A DNA stretch of 63,582 nt, filler included, from Choristocarpus tenellus KU-1152 (Eukaryota; Protista; Phaeophyceae): assembly GCA_964200185.2 (NCBI GenBank). It is 12 parts of 12 records of this genome, joined end to end, with 100 filler letters (N's around TTAATTAATTAA, not from the genome) between each part and the next. Parts side by side here need not be neighbours in the genome. Positions count along the whole stretch, not along the records: positions 51,292 to 53,798 come from CAXNAD020027229.1; positions 53,899 to 56,498 come from CAXNAD020026393.1; positions 56,599 to 59,308 come from CAXNAD020025416.1; positions 59,409 to 63,582 come from CAXNAD020015845.1; 8 more parts are not named here. One strand, given 5' to 3'. The position numbers were made by a program, and so were the translations under genes. Each line of letters starts with the position of its first letter. Positions within the stretch are counted from its first letter, which is position 1. Positions 51,610 through 63,582 of the stretch are shown one piece after another. Under the pieces are notes generated by a model. The model ran no database searches. It worked only from the letters and a program-made list of their open reading frames with translations, and was not told the origin of the DNA.

Positions 51610-53798
51610 TTAAAGAGTGGTGCGGACAAGAGATTCTGCCGAGGTGTCCATTTCCGTCTTTCCTCCATCTGGTGCAACCTTATCAGTCTCGTCTGGCCCA
51701 GTCTGATTAACACAGCGGCATGTTTGGGGGATGGAAGAGGATGGGGGGGGGGGAGCAAGGGGNNNNNNNNNNTAGCCGTTTCGCTTCGCCCGGTGTATGG
51801 CGCAGAGGGGGATGGTGGGGGCGGGGGGGGGGAGGGGGGGGGGGGAGCAAGGGGGGTGAATACTATTCTATTATAGTTCACGGTGGCAAGAGGAAGGGTG
51901 CTTCAACCCGTGATGTAAAGAGGGCTCCAAAATGCACGAAGTTACCAATTTTTCCAAGAAATTGAAATTTGCTGTAGATTCATAGGGGGAGTTGGACGGT
52001 CAGTATCATGGTAGAGCCTATGCCACTGGTGCTATTAAAGCAACAAACCGGTGAATGTTTTGCATATTGTGATATCATACAAATGACAAAGCCCCATTAT
52101 TGATCACATCCCTGAAAGTCAAGAATGGGGAAACAGAGTGCACAAAAAAAAACAAATGCACCATACAGTGATCACCACTTCTCACTTCTCACGGTGTGTC
52201 CATTTTCACGTGAAGTGGCAAGGCTTCAAGTATATTTTTGCTGAGAGCAACCAAATGTGTAGCCTCAACAATAACACTCCAGGCAACGTATGAGATAATG
52301 CACAGAGCTGGCCTGTTTGACTGTGATAAAACAGTTTGTGTCCATTTCCAGAACTGAGGATTATTGTAAGAGCAATCACCCACTTTCTAATAAGCATTTA
52401 ACTCATGGTTACAGAATCAGTCCATGCAGCACACACAAATAATAAATTTGAGCAGCAACCTTTAAACTCAACTGCGCTGCACTTTACAGTCTCAAGCAAT
52501 AACCCACTGACAATGCTATTATGCTATAAAGGCACAGATGTGTGAGCTACTGCATAGCATTTCATTTCTGCCAGAGAACGGAAGTACATTAAGACTCAAA
52601 ACCTCAGGTCTATAAGTGGAAGAATCAATACCCACAACAAGATGCTTATTGTCTGAGCACAAAATCTCAACCTTTATACCATTGAAAAGGTTTGATCTCA
52701 AGACTCACATCTGCTGAGCTTGGCTTACACAAGGTTTCAAAATCACAGCACAGTCAGATGGTAAATAAAATCAAGCACACGTAAAAGACGTTGTTGTATA
52801 AGTGCTAACAAGCACCACACATTGTAACTGGAGCTTGATGCCTACCCCCCACTCAAAATAAAAAGGAACACATATTTTCAACAATCTACGAAAGAACACA
52901 GAGACCAACATTAATGGTCATGAGGGTAATGATTCATTCGCATATCTTTCCAAAAATCAATACTATAGACAATAGTTCTCACCACAGCATTGTCTCCTGC
53001 TGACAGTCCCACACCAGCTTCCATCAGTGGCACTGGTTCCATTGCCAACGCTGTCTCATTCCCAGCCCCTCCCCCACCCTCCTCTGCCATTGAGCTGGGT
53101 GCATTTTCCTGACGCACGTCATTCAACTCCTTTTGTGGTGATACCAGTGGATGCAAAGGCTGTGTGGTATTGAGGACACTGACTGTTGTGGCCATGGGAG
53201 GCAAGGAGTTGTCACTGGAGGGCTTTGGGGTGGGGGTAACGGCACCCCCATTTGTTTGTTCCCTTGCTGTTCCAGGAGAGGGGGATGCTTGCAAGGGTAA
53301 AGTAGGGGGTGTGCGGGAGGGAGCTGGTGCTGGTGTTGGTGCTGATTTTGGAGTGTTTTGCATTGGGTCTGCGGCAGGACACAAAGGGTAGTAGGGGTGG
53401 GTCACAACAAATGCAGAAGGCTCAAGATAGACAAATAGGGGTCTTTACAATCTGATCAACCCACATAATTGGAGCAAAGGTGAGGAGTGAATGACTTGTA
53501 GATGTTGATGGATGTGTGGGAGAATGAGAGATAGCTAGCTAGAACTAAGGAGATGGAAGCAGTACAAGGCACAACTTGGTTCACCACACGTAATGAAGCA
53601 TGCAGACTCTGTTCCTCCTGGTCCCAACATCTGCAAGCTTTTATTATTGCTTCCATCATATTTTTCGAGTCCGCACATCACTGCAATGTTAAACACCAAG
53701 CACCCCATCCATTCAGACGTAAGTTGCTATCCATACCTGGTTTACGAGACACAGATGTTGGTGTTGCTGCTGATGATGGCTGCCCAAGTGCACCCCCC
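51610..53798 (-). CDS. 3' exons of an unidentified gene with a Pro/Ser/Thr-rich low-complexity C-terminus
   Basis: Exons (gap)53798-53737, 53368-52983 and 51702-51610 join with GT-AG introns in phases 1 and 0: ...SVSRKP|DPMQNTPKSAPTPAPAP...GDNAV|TGPDETDK...VRTTL*. Confidence 0.6.
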
Positions 53799-54000
53799 NN
53801 NNNNNNNNNNNNNNNNNNNNNNNNNNNNNNNNNNNNNNNNNNTTAATTAATTAANNNNNNNNNNNNNNNNNNNNNNNNNNNNNNNNNNNNNNNNNNNNGG
53901 CAGACAAGAGAGGGGGGGGGGGTTTGAAAACATACCTGCCCAGCATCACAAAAAGTTTGTTTGAATTTTCCCGATTTTTTTTTCACGGGCATTATAGAAA

Positions 54001-54150
54001 AATAATAATAATAATAATAGTGTAATCAAATCCAACAAAGACACACCACCGCTGTGCAATCAAAATAATAATAATAATAATAATAATAATAGTGTAATCA
54101 AATCCAACAAAGACACACTACCACTGTGCAATCAAAATAATAATAATATA
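54001..54150. repeat. (AAT)n-containing tandem duplication of about 70 bp
   Basis: aatagtgtaatcaaatccaacaaagacac...ctgtgcaatcaa occurs twice. Confidence 0.85.
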
Positions 54151-54175
54151 TATATATATATATATATATGCATTA

Positions 54176-54271
54176 CCTCCAACTTTCGGAGGGTGGCGTT
54201 CATGATGTTTTGAACCAGCTGTCTCACCACCGGGCTCCTGACCATATCTGTGCTGGTAAACACGTACTGCC
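54176..54271 (-). CDS. probable internal exon of an unidentified gene
   Basis: Bounded by ttgcag and gtaatg; the open frame reads GQYVFTSTDMVRSPVVRQLVQNIMNATLRKLE. Flanked by microsatellite-rich intron-like DNA. Confidence 0.45.
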
Positions 54272-54825
54272 CTGCAATCTAAACAAAACAAAACAACACA
54301 GACACAGACACACACAAGTCCATCAGAACAGACGCGATGTTGTTGGTTGCGGATAGGGTTAGGGTGTAGGATGAGAAAAAAAAGACGGGAGACAAGAATC
54401 CCAAGCAAGCCTTGCAAAACCAAAACGAGGGTAGGCGTGAATCGTAGAATAAAAAAAATGGCAGTCAAGTACTACACTAGACCCGACTGTTACATTTTTC
54501 CCCCTCAAAACACGCAATTTATTCCAACAAAACTTCCCCTCTAACATAGTAATGCAACCCGGTTCCCACAGCACTAGTACCAGTGCCCCTCCCGAGGCTA
54601 GGTGGAAAACAAGGCGTACCTCTATTGGTCAATTCTAATCACGAGCTCTGCATTCACATTTGCAGTACACTCCAAACTATGCCACAAACACACACACACA
54701 CAAACAAACATATCGCTTGGTTTCTCAAAGCTCATTCGTCGCATTCTGGGGGGTATTCCCGGGAGTGACAAAAACATGGCAGGCGATATCTCAGATACTC
54801 CCCTTTTAAAAAAACAAACAAGAAA

Positions 54826-54856
<31 letters not shown>

Positions 54857-56429
54857 ATATATAGCTCAGAAGGCCACCAACTAATCAGAAAATTTACTGT
54901 ACATCGTCGGTAAGACTCGGAAATCGTCGGTAAGACTGAACGGTATAACCAATATGTTTTTATGTATGTATCTTAACACTGAACGGTATAACCAATATGT
55001 TTATGTATGTTGGTTAACACATGCCGCCCAACAGTTTCATTTCTCTCGAGTCATACCGTGCACCCCACCGACTAAAAGCCCTAACCCTATAATGTAAAAG
55101 AAAAAACTAAGTCGTTCCATTGGAGCTGTTGGAAATGCACTAAAAAAAAAGAAGGAAATTAAGTTAAAAAAATAATAATAATAATAAAAAAAATATATAT
55201 ATATGCAACATTGCCACCCCCGTGGCCGGAAAGGAATGTTTGCAGTGCAAAATTATTTGGACGCATGTTACAGTGCAAAACTTAACATTATTATTATCGT
55301 TATCATTATTGTTATTACTACTACCGACCAATCAAGAGTCGTTCAAAAAACCTTTTTCACCTTCGAGAAGAGAACACTAAAATTATTATTTTTCTAAAAC
55401 TAAATAGAGTTAGGGTTATCGTTTTGAACACACTCCAGTGACATTTTCGTTTTGGGGGTAAAAGGTAACAAGAGATCTAGAAGAAGAAAAGGGGAAGGGG
55501 GGTTGAAACGCCAAGACCTCGATTTTTGAAATCCCCCGGCGAGGGCCGCTTTCGGTTCCACCCTAACCCTAACCCCAGGTACAAAACACGCATCAGTTAA
55601 AAGAAATCCTGAGAGATCATGAAAAAAACCCCACAAAAATCACAACTCTGCTCAATTGAAGGGTTAGGGTTGGGGTGCTCCTACCACAGCAACGTAAAGA
55701 AACCTACACACAGATGTTTGAGAGCTTGATGCTCAGCTCATCTCAAGAGCTTGGAGGGGCCCACGAGGCTCAGCAGGACACCGGTGATATCTCGATGTAT
55801 CCAGACGTTTGCTGAGAGATGGAAGGGGATTCATTCATGAAGGTAACAACATCCACGACCCACCCCACACACAAAAGGTGCCCTCAAAATTATTTACACT
55901 CCATACACCACCAAAAGAACTCACGACACCACGTGACCCTGTGGATATCACAATGAGGTATCCCAAAGAGGTATCACAATGAGGTATTACAATCCCATCC
56001 CACGGGCGGCCACTCTGAACGAAAACACTACAGTACTTGGTTTAAGGGCATGTTCAAGCTCAAGCTCAAGCTCAAGCTTCAAACTCAAGCTGTGGGTTAC
56101 ACACTGACAATTACAATTACAATTACTACAAGGTGCAGAGGCTGAGGTGGGGGCAGTGAAAACTGGGTGACCAAGGCACCAGGAGGTTTGTAAGACCTTC
56201 CTCCTTGCCCTTGTGAACAAGAAGTCTCTTTGCACCTGCGGCGGCAGATTACAACAACGCAAAGCACACCATCAACAACAGCGCAATTACGATCATACAG
56301 CAGACGACCTTCCTTTTAAGGCACACCACCGTGAGGGACCACACTTCCCACTGACCTAACCCTAACCCTAGCCCCACTCTTCTGCCGAGTACTTTGGTAC
56401 TTAGTCCCTTGACACCTATCAAAGGCGTT

Positions 56430-56678
56430 GGGTCAAAGTATCTGGGGTGGGGGTGGGGGGGGGGGGGGGGGCGGGGGCCGTTTTTTGCTTTTTTTTTTNN
56501 NNNNNNNNNNNNNNNNNNNNNNNNNNNNNNNNNNNNNNNNNNTTAATTAATTAANNNNNNNNNNNNNNNNNNNNNNNNNNNNNNNNNNNNNNNNNNNNTA
56601 CATGCCCCCCCCCCCCCTCCCCCCCCAATGGACCCCCTGGGGGAGCCCCCCCCCCCCCCCCCCCAGATACTTCAGGTC
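56430..56678. mobile_element. MITE termini on both sides of a spacer (C-type left, B-type right)
   Basis: gggtcaaagtatct before the gap; cccaatggacccc...cagatacttcaggtc after it. Confidence 0.7.
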
Positions 56679-59616
56679 AAAAAGAATGATGAAATGATTG
56701 CGACATGAGGTGAAGGGGTCAAAGCACCCAAAAAGGATGTTGTAAGGTATACCTTTGCCCAGGAGTAAGAGAGAGAGAGAGAGAGAGAGAGAGAAAACCT
56801 TTGCCCACATGTTCTTTCCATTCTTCGGAACAGAAACGAACACACAAAAACACATTTCGGTTCCAAACCACACTTCCACCTCAATCCCTCTGGATGCTTT
56901 GATTTAAAGAGTTTTATTCCTTCAGCTCCCACAACCCACCATTTCCCACACATTTGAAGCTCTGATGACGGGAAATCCTTTCCCCATGCGGGTTAGGTAG
57001 AACTTGAAGTACACCTTTGCGTTGTCCATTTGAATGACACAAGGTGCATTGCAAAGCAGCTTTTGTTGCATGATGATTTACTACATATCCCACACAACCT
57101 GAAACCTCAAGAGGGTCCCCCCCCGCCTCTAGTCTGTATTATCACACTGCCCGCCATTTCCTCTTATCTCTGCAGCTACTTCGAAGAGATTGTAAAAAAA
57201 CAAGGATTTGTTGTTGTTGTTGTTGTTGTTGGTCAAAAGAAATGGTTCAATTACGGGAAAAGCAATGACACCGTGTAGCTTGCTATCATACAACGTAGGA
57301 AACAACTTCCATAAACTAATTACTCATCCATAGAAGATTTCATTTGTGAATCCCTGTAATAATCATGAATGTAGAAAGTCCATGCAAAGAATGCAACACG
57401 TTGCTCCATCCCACCCAACCCCCCCCCCAAAAAAAATAAAACAAATGGCGGCCCTTGTACAATATAAAAAAGCCCCTTACCCTCCCTTTGCAATACTTTT
57501 TTTTGCTAATATTCACTTCCACATTTGCAGGTGGGACTCTCGAACACAAAACTGGAACGCAAAGAGCAACTACCACCGGAGGGAATCAAGCGACCACAGG
57601 GCCAGCTATAGAGCAGCAAAACCTGACCACAACACCCGGAGAGTCTCGTGACAAACGAGTGGGAAGAGGAGCAAGAAACAACAAAAAATAATTTTATTTT
57701 CTTCACGAGCAACACGTTCGAACACACGCCCAAAATGAAGGAGTCTTCAAAAGAGGAACAACCCAAAAAATGAAACAGAAATCACTTCCTGCAGAGCATT
57801 CAGCTAACATGAAATTTTTTCAAGAATATGATGCACGCCCCATCCTTGATCTCAAATATCAACAAATCGCAATCTGAACCAATCAACTACACCAACCAAG
57901 CTTTGATGAACACTGAAAATAACTCCTTGCCCATACATATTCCCCAACTGGAGCTCTAATCTAGATCTCCATTGAACCGCACCGATACTTGAGAAAAAAA
58001 CAAAAAACCCCAGCATCGATCGCTGTCTTACCCAATAGATCATAATTTTTCCGCACATCTAGTATGTTCCATACACTACCCCGTTGAAAATCACTCCCCA
58101 CTGCCGGTTCATTTCTTGAAACAATTCAGCTCAGCTTAGATTTGTTCTTATCGCGAATCCTAAGGATCACACTAGCGGCCAACGCCATGCAGGTTCCATA
58201 AAAGAGAAGCTGAACAAACGAAGCCATAGGGGAAGTCAGGCAAAGCAAGGACCAGAGGTGTTGTCAGGTAGATTACCGAGGTCACATAGTCATTGAGAAA
58301 AAATAGAGTATTATTTCACACAAAGAGAGATACTGTTGGTAAAATATACAAGTAGTATACTATCAAATCTCAACCAATGCATTCCCACGGATGTATGTAT
58401 GGCAGTAGGGAAGGGGGGGGTTACAGACAGAGGGTATGTTGATATTGGACATGCAGTGGAACAACCCTCAAGTCGAATAACTGTGCACTTTTAATCACCT
58501 ACAGTACTTCTAGAAGCAACAGGCAGTGCCCCCCTCTCTTCTCCCTGCAGCCCCCCAAAGGGGCTTCAGGTTTACTCTGTCCAGAGCCCACCAAAAACAG
58601 TTAACACATCAAAAATAAAATGTAACAAAATACAAGATAAAAAAAGGGGACAGATCTTAGTCCGCTATTACTTCAAGTACACGTACCTTCTAATCCTACT
58701 CCGTCGATACATTGGCAAGCATTCTACCTCCTCTGCTTCCCTTACCCCACCCTGAAGCACACAAAAACATCCTCGTGGATATGCATACCTCTCCAGCCTC
58801 AACAACCTTCAGCATACCTAGCTAAGAAACTAGTTCATATGACAACGTAGGGCTGGACATATTGACCTCCGAAGTATCCATACCCGTCTTGATGGGTAAA
58901 AGACAATCTCCACCTGCGCCACTCCTGGAGTACATGCTAAAAAGAAAAAAATAAATTGCGTCCATAATGACTGTTAAACTATCCTGTGGAGATTGCAATT
59001 ACCACAGGCTATGTGATTTCAAAATCGATCGATCAAATCATGTGCGAGAGTGCAAGTTTCACACAAGTTTTACACAAGTTTCACACAAGTTTCACAGGCT
59101 CAAATCCCAGGTGATTTCACAACCTCGTCCGAGAGGTCTATTCAGTATCAAAAGGGGGATCAATCATTACTCAACTGGAGCCTCCCCAACCGGGTGAGGC
59201 ATGTCTCCCCTTTCACAATGATACATTGATCAAAATCCTTTGGGGGGGGGGAGGGGGGGGGTATCAGAAGAAGGGGCACCACTACCTGAAGATCCCTCAT
59301 TACCTCTCNNNNNNNNNNNNNNNNNNNNNNNNNNNNNNNNNNNNNNNNNNNNTTAATTAATTAANNNNNNNNNNNNNNNNNNNNNNNNNNNNNNNNNNNN
59401 NNNNNNNNCGGGGGCAGGGTAAGCAAAGTCTCTCGAAGGGCCCAAGTTTCCCGAGGTGCGTCTGCAATACTTTTGTATCGTGCGCTTTTTAAGCGGTGCG
59501 ACGATTATTAGTCGATTCTGCGACTAATTCTTGAAACTCTCCAAGATTAGCTCAACGATTACGATTACCACGATTACTAAAAAAATCTCCCGATATTGTA
59601 TCATTTGGCACATAGT

Positions 59617-59708
59617 CGGATGCCCAGTTTTGTACTGGGTGGTACAAAATGGGATTTTATACCGGATGCCCAGTTTTGTACTGGGTAGTACAAAATGGGA
59701 TTTTATAC
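59617..59708. repeat. 46-bp tandem duplication with internal dyads
   Basis: cggatgcccagttttgtactgggt(g/a)gtacaaaatgggattttatac occurs twice. Confidence 0.9.
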
Positions 59709-59959
59709 CACATCATTCCGCTTCTTTCGGGCATGCCAATGGGTGAACAAAATCGGGTAAACCACTGCATTGGATTTTGTGAAGATGGTGATGAGGTTCA
59801 CTCATATAAAATCGATTGGTTGTATCCCTGATTCAAAAATCTTTCATTACAATTTTAGAAAAAACTTGCTTCCAACTCACAACATGTGCCAGACCTTAGT
59901 CTGAAGTCACCGGTCGGTGCCCTTCCACTTGCACACTGTGCACACTGATCGCTCAAAAG

Positions 59960-60470
59960 ATGTCCGAGATTATCAATAAAAGAATCTGACGCTGCTTGAA
60001 AGAAGGAAGTGATTTCGGAGTTCTGATTCAAGGTAGCAAGAATGCCTCGTTGTTGCATGGCCACATCAAGCGAGTTGCCGAGATGTTTGAGAGCAGTACT
60101 CAGACCATCTCAAGGCTTTGGAATTTCTACAAGACCCAAACGGGTGCTGGTGTAATGGATCCCGACATTGGTATGCGGCGGAAGGGGAATTGCGGCCGCA
60201 AAGGTATCAACGTCGATTACCTACGAGATGTCCAGGAAATGATCTCCATGATAAAACCGGTCGACGTAGCGTGCCCTGGCGACTCAGTTGGGTATCCCGC
60301 AGTCCGCTCTCGAATAAAAATTTGAAGAGACTTAGTTTTAGGGAGTGCTCAATCTATCTGAAGCCGTTGCTTGTTGATGAGTGCAAGTTACAAATGCTGA
60401 GGTGGGTGATGTCGTTCTCACTCACGGACCTGGAGGCTCGAAGAGCTTCCATCATTTCGAAGACCCTTCA
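59960..60470 (+). pseudogene. Tc1/mariner transposase fossil of the plant-type (DD39D) lineage, N-terminal half
   Basis: Across frameshifts: KNLTLLERR...GSKNASLLHGHIKRVAEMFESSTQTISRLW...RRKGNCGRK...YLKPLLVDECKLQMLRWVMSF. This is colinear with Soymar/Osmar-type N-termini. Confidence 0.75.
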
Positions 60471-60699
60471 CCATATTTCAGGAACTCAAATCGTGACTAT
60501 ATTAACAGACAGGAGAAGTACTTTGTAGTATTATACATAAGAGTAGAAGCTTTTGTTTACACTTTCACATATTTTTTACCTCAACTCGCTCCCCCTCCGT
60601 CCCCCATAATTCAATGTTAAACTATAATATCATTCGCACTCTTTAATTTACTCTGCACTCGGCGTACAATTTTTGATTTCCTCCTGCATTTCACTGCAG

Positions 60700-63493
60700 G
60701 AAAGATACCAATGATGCGGGGAGGTTGGGCGGCTTCACAAGGGAAGGATAGACAAGGGGGAAAAGGAATAACATCTGTGGAGAGAGGAGGGGCAGAGGAG
60801 AAATCACTGCCTGATCAAGAATGGGATAATTCATTCCTTATGTTCACAGGGCCTCGGGAATTAGAGGTGCACCAGGAGCGGGTGGAGAGAGGAGCAGTGG
60901 GGCCGGGGCAGATTCTGGTGGAGTCGATCTGCTCGTCCATCAGCTCGGGTACCGAACTCAAAGTGAGTTTTCTGTTGGCGCTTGAATCGAACCATGTACT
61001 GCTGGTATTACTCAAATACCTTCAATCTTATTCTTCAGAGTACATTGAACTTTTAAAGGTCACTGATTATGACAGTATGCAATGAAGTAGATATCATTTT
61101 GGTGCAGATGCTCTTTCGCTGAGATGGAGGATGTTGGAAGATGGAAGATGGAAGGTGGAAGGGGGGTGTGGGTGGGGGTGAGGGGATCTTAGTCACTGAG
61201 AGTGTCAGAGGGCACTTACACAAGTTTGTTTGGATGTGTAAGTGTGCCATATATATGTGGGGTTCTACTGTGCGTAGTTGTGGGTGAGTGTCTGCATGTA
61301 TTGCATTCTGTCAGGGAAACAGCTGCATTTATCTGCAAGTCGTTAAGAGCTGAAAGGAGGAAGCAAATACTATCTACGTGCTCTGTGTCTATATGCTTGG
61401 TTGTACCATTAGCCAGCAACCGGTAAACCAAGGCAGGGAATACATGAACACCATGCCTACCCCCGACGTCTCATAAGTAAGTTCCTGCGAAGTGCCACAG
61501 AGGACTCTGTAGCACCACTGAGGACTCTGTAGCACCACGAATCACATCGCATTGCGTATCATCTCTGCGCAAGGCCCCTGGTGATCAAGTCAAACTTGAG
61601 GCACCCTGGGTGGGGAACAATCCCAGTGTGCTTTTCGTAGTAAACTTGTTTCATGAATGCGATCTTCTGCTCTCAGCACCCCTTCCTTCGTGTAGTGTCT
61701 TGTGTACAATATACCCTCCCTCCCAAGTTGTCGGAAAGAACTTGAAGACATGGTGTACACGAACTTCCTGCTTAAGGCCCTTTGGCAAAGTAGATAGCTA
61801 GTGGGCAATGTGATTTTGCTCTCGGGTATATGCCTGGTACTGAAAGTTTCGGGGAGATTGACACACTCTTTGTTTGGTGTGTCCAGTGGGTGTCCTGTAA
61901 GCATCAAATAGCTTGAGAAATTGAGATCTATTGCTTACAACCTTGAACGGATTTCCAAACATTGTGCTGAGGTTGATGTTCACTGGTGTGTGATTTCTGC
62001 AGCTCTTGAAACAAGTGGAGAAGAGTATTTGTAAATGAGTATGTAATTTATGATCTGGTCGTAAATTAAATGAAGTAAATTAAATGAAGTAAATTGGGGC
62101 GATTGAAAGACTTTGCCTCTGAGGGATTTGTATGATGCGACTGCCTTGGAGTCATGAAAGTAATTATTTCATACTCTCAAAAAGAAGAAGCGCAGCAGTG
62201 TTTTGTGTACCATGTTCTAATAAGAGTGAGCTTCCTTGGCTGCTGAAAGACTGAGCTCTAGGTTTACTCTTTGAGTTAAGATTACGGTGAGGGTCAGGGC
62301 TGGTGGTAGAGTAGGTACAGAGGAATCTGTCACTTCATGGGTGAAGTTTATCCTACTGTGACTCACAGTCAAGATTTAAGTTTCCCATGAGAGTGGGTGC
62401 GATGTGTTTACATGTCTGTCCTTTACCTTAATATTTGTATTTTTTTTTTAATTATGCAATCGGCACACATACATTAATCAAGGCGTTTTTGTGTCCTCTG
62501 GGGAGGTTTTGCCACGCCTGGAAGGTTTTGCCAGTCCCTATCTCTGAGTGGAGAATGAATTTCGCCACCAAAGTAGTTGAGTTGTGATTCTCTTTGAATG
62601 AGATGGCTGCGTAGATGCTGAGGTTGTTTATTTTAAAATATTTTTTTCTGTTATCTCTAGATTGTTGCTTGATGTTGACTTCTAGGTCATGTAAGGGTTT
62701 CATACTATTCAACACGTTGTCGGGTGAATTGACTGATGAGCAGTGGGTCAAATGAAAGCTTACGATGTCAGCAACACAATGATACGAGCTGATCACATAG
62801 CACATAGCAGTGTAACCGGGAATCTCAAAAGTTTTCATTTTTACAGTTTTGGCAGTTGTCTCAAAAGTGTTGTGTCAAAATATTCAATGACATCAAACTA
62901 GATATTGATTGTGATCAAACTAGATATTGATTGTGATCAAACTAGATAATTGATTGTGATCAAACTAGATAATTGATTGTGATCAAACTAGATATTGATT
63001 GTGATCAAACTAGATATCGATTGACTTATCCATTTGGAACATCTCGAGAGAGTGCAGACTGCCTTTCATCCTTGAAGTGGCTGCTTCTACTACTGCACAA
63101 GCAATTATATTAATCTATAAGGCAAACGATTGTCCAAAATGCAGCTCACAAGGAGAGGATAATTTACCATCTCAATTCAGTGAATTGAAACGCGATGACT
63201 GGTGTATTGACATTATGTATGCCTTGTGGTTGTACCAAGTAACTCCCTGTTTCTCTAATGTGCCACATCCTGAGCATTTGTGATGTTGGTCTACAGCAAC
63301 ATAAGGAAGGAGATACACACCACCACGTATGCAAACGCCTCCCAATACATTTTATCTCAAGTATCAATCAATACGTGTTGATTGTTGCCTGACTTGTCAA
63401 TGCTCCTTTGGTGTTGCCACCCCTGCATTACTTCAAATGTAGGTCTTCAAGGGGGATTTTGCTTCTGACACGGAGCTGGATACAACCATAAAG
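60700..63493 (+). CDS. partial MDR-superfamily (zinc-ADH-like, GroES fold) oxidoreductase; 2 exons visible
   Basis: Exons 60700-60962 and 63443-63493 are joined by a phase-0 GT-AG intron: FTGPRELEV...GPGQILVESICSSISSGTELK|VFKGDFASDTELDTTIK. The SxISxGTE motif is typical of the BchC-like MDR subgroup. Confidence 0.8.
62892..63023. repeat. 22-23-bp minisatellite (atcaaactagatattgattgtg), about 6 copies, intronic
   Basis: Seen directly. Confidence 0.95.
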
Positions 63494-63582
63494 GTTAGGA
63501 GGAGAGGGGTATGGGGTGCTCAATGGTGCGCTTGCAGATGATGGGGGGTGTGTTGTATCCTTGTAGATTCAAGGAGGGGGGG

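Larger units (their letters stand above)
22046..59408. other. eleven artificial 100-nt assembly spacers
   Basis: N44-TTAATTAATTAA-N44 starting at 22046, 25153, 27770, 32394, 35022, 42533, 47628, 51192, 53799, 56499 and 59309. Confidence 0.97.

Noticed and set aside
55700-58940. Several candidate minus-strand exons
   Set aside because: They could not be chained into a consistent reading frame or assigned a product.

Overview
Eukaryotic draft-assembly DNA with canonical GT-AG introns, microsatellites and short TTAGGG motifs. It is probably a stramenopile such as a brown alga, but this is inference only. Twelve contigs are joined by artificial 100-nt spacers (N44-TTAATTAATTAA-N44), so adjacency across gaps is not guaranteed. 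Genes reconstructed by hand from splice sites: (1) a 7-exon minus-strand gene (7613-13420, about 488 aa) with three Nab2-like CCCH zinc fingers, Gly/RGG linkers and two copies of a Cys-rich module I cannot assign to a named family; (2) a 2-exon small heat-shock protein (38970-40137) with a signal-peptide-like N-terminus; (3) two exons of an MDR-family (GroES-fold) oxidoreductase running off the right end; (4) partial unidentified genes. The rest is rich in transposons. At least four internally different short TIR element families share one terminal consensus, and intact copies have 4-bp target-site duplications (Sola2-like). There are also Copia, LINE, pogo and DD39D-mariner fossils, a dead RecQ fragment and a 78-bp satellite invaded by three MITEs. 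No rRNA, tRNA or CRISPR array was found.
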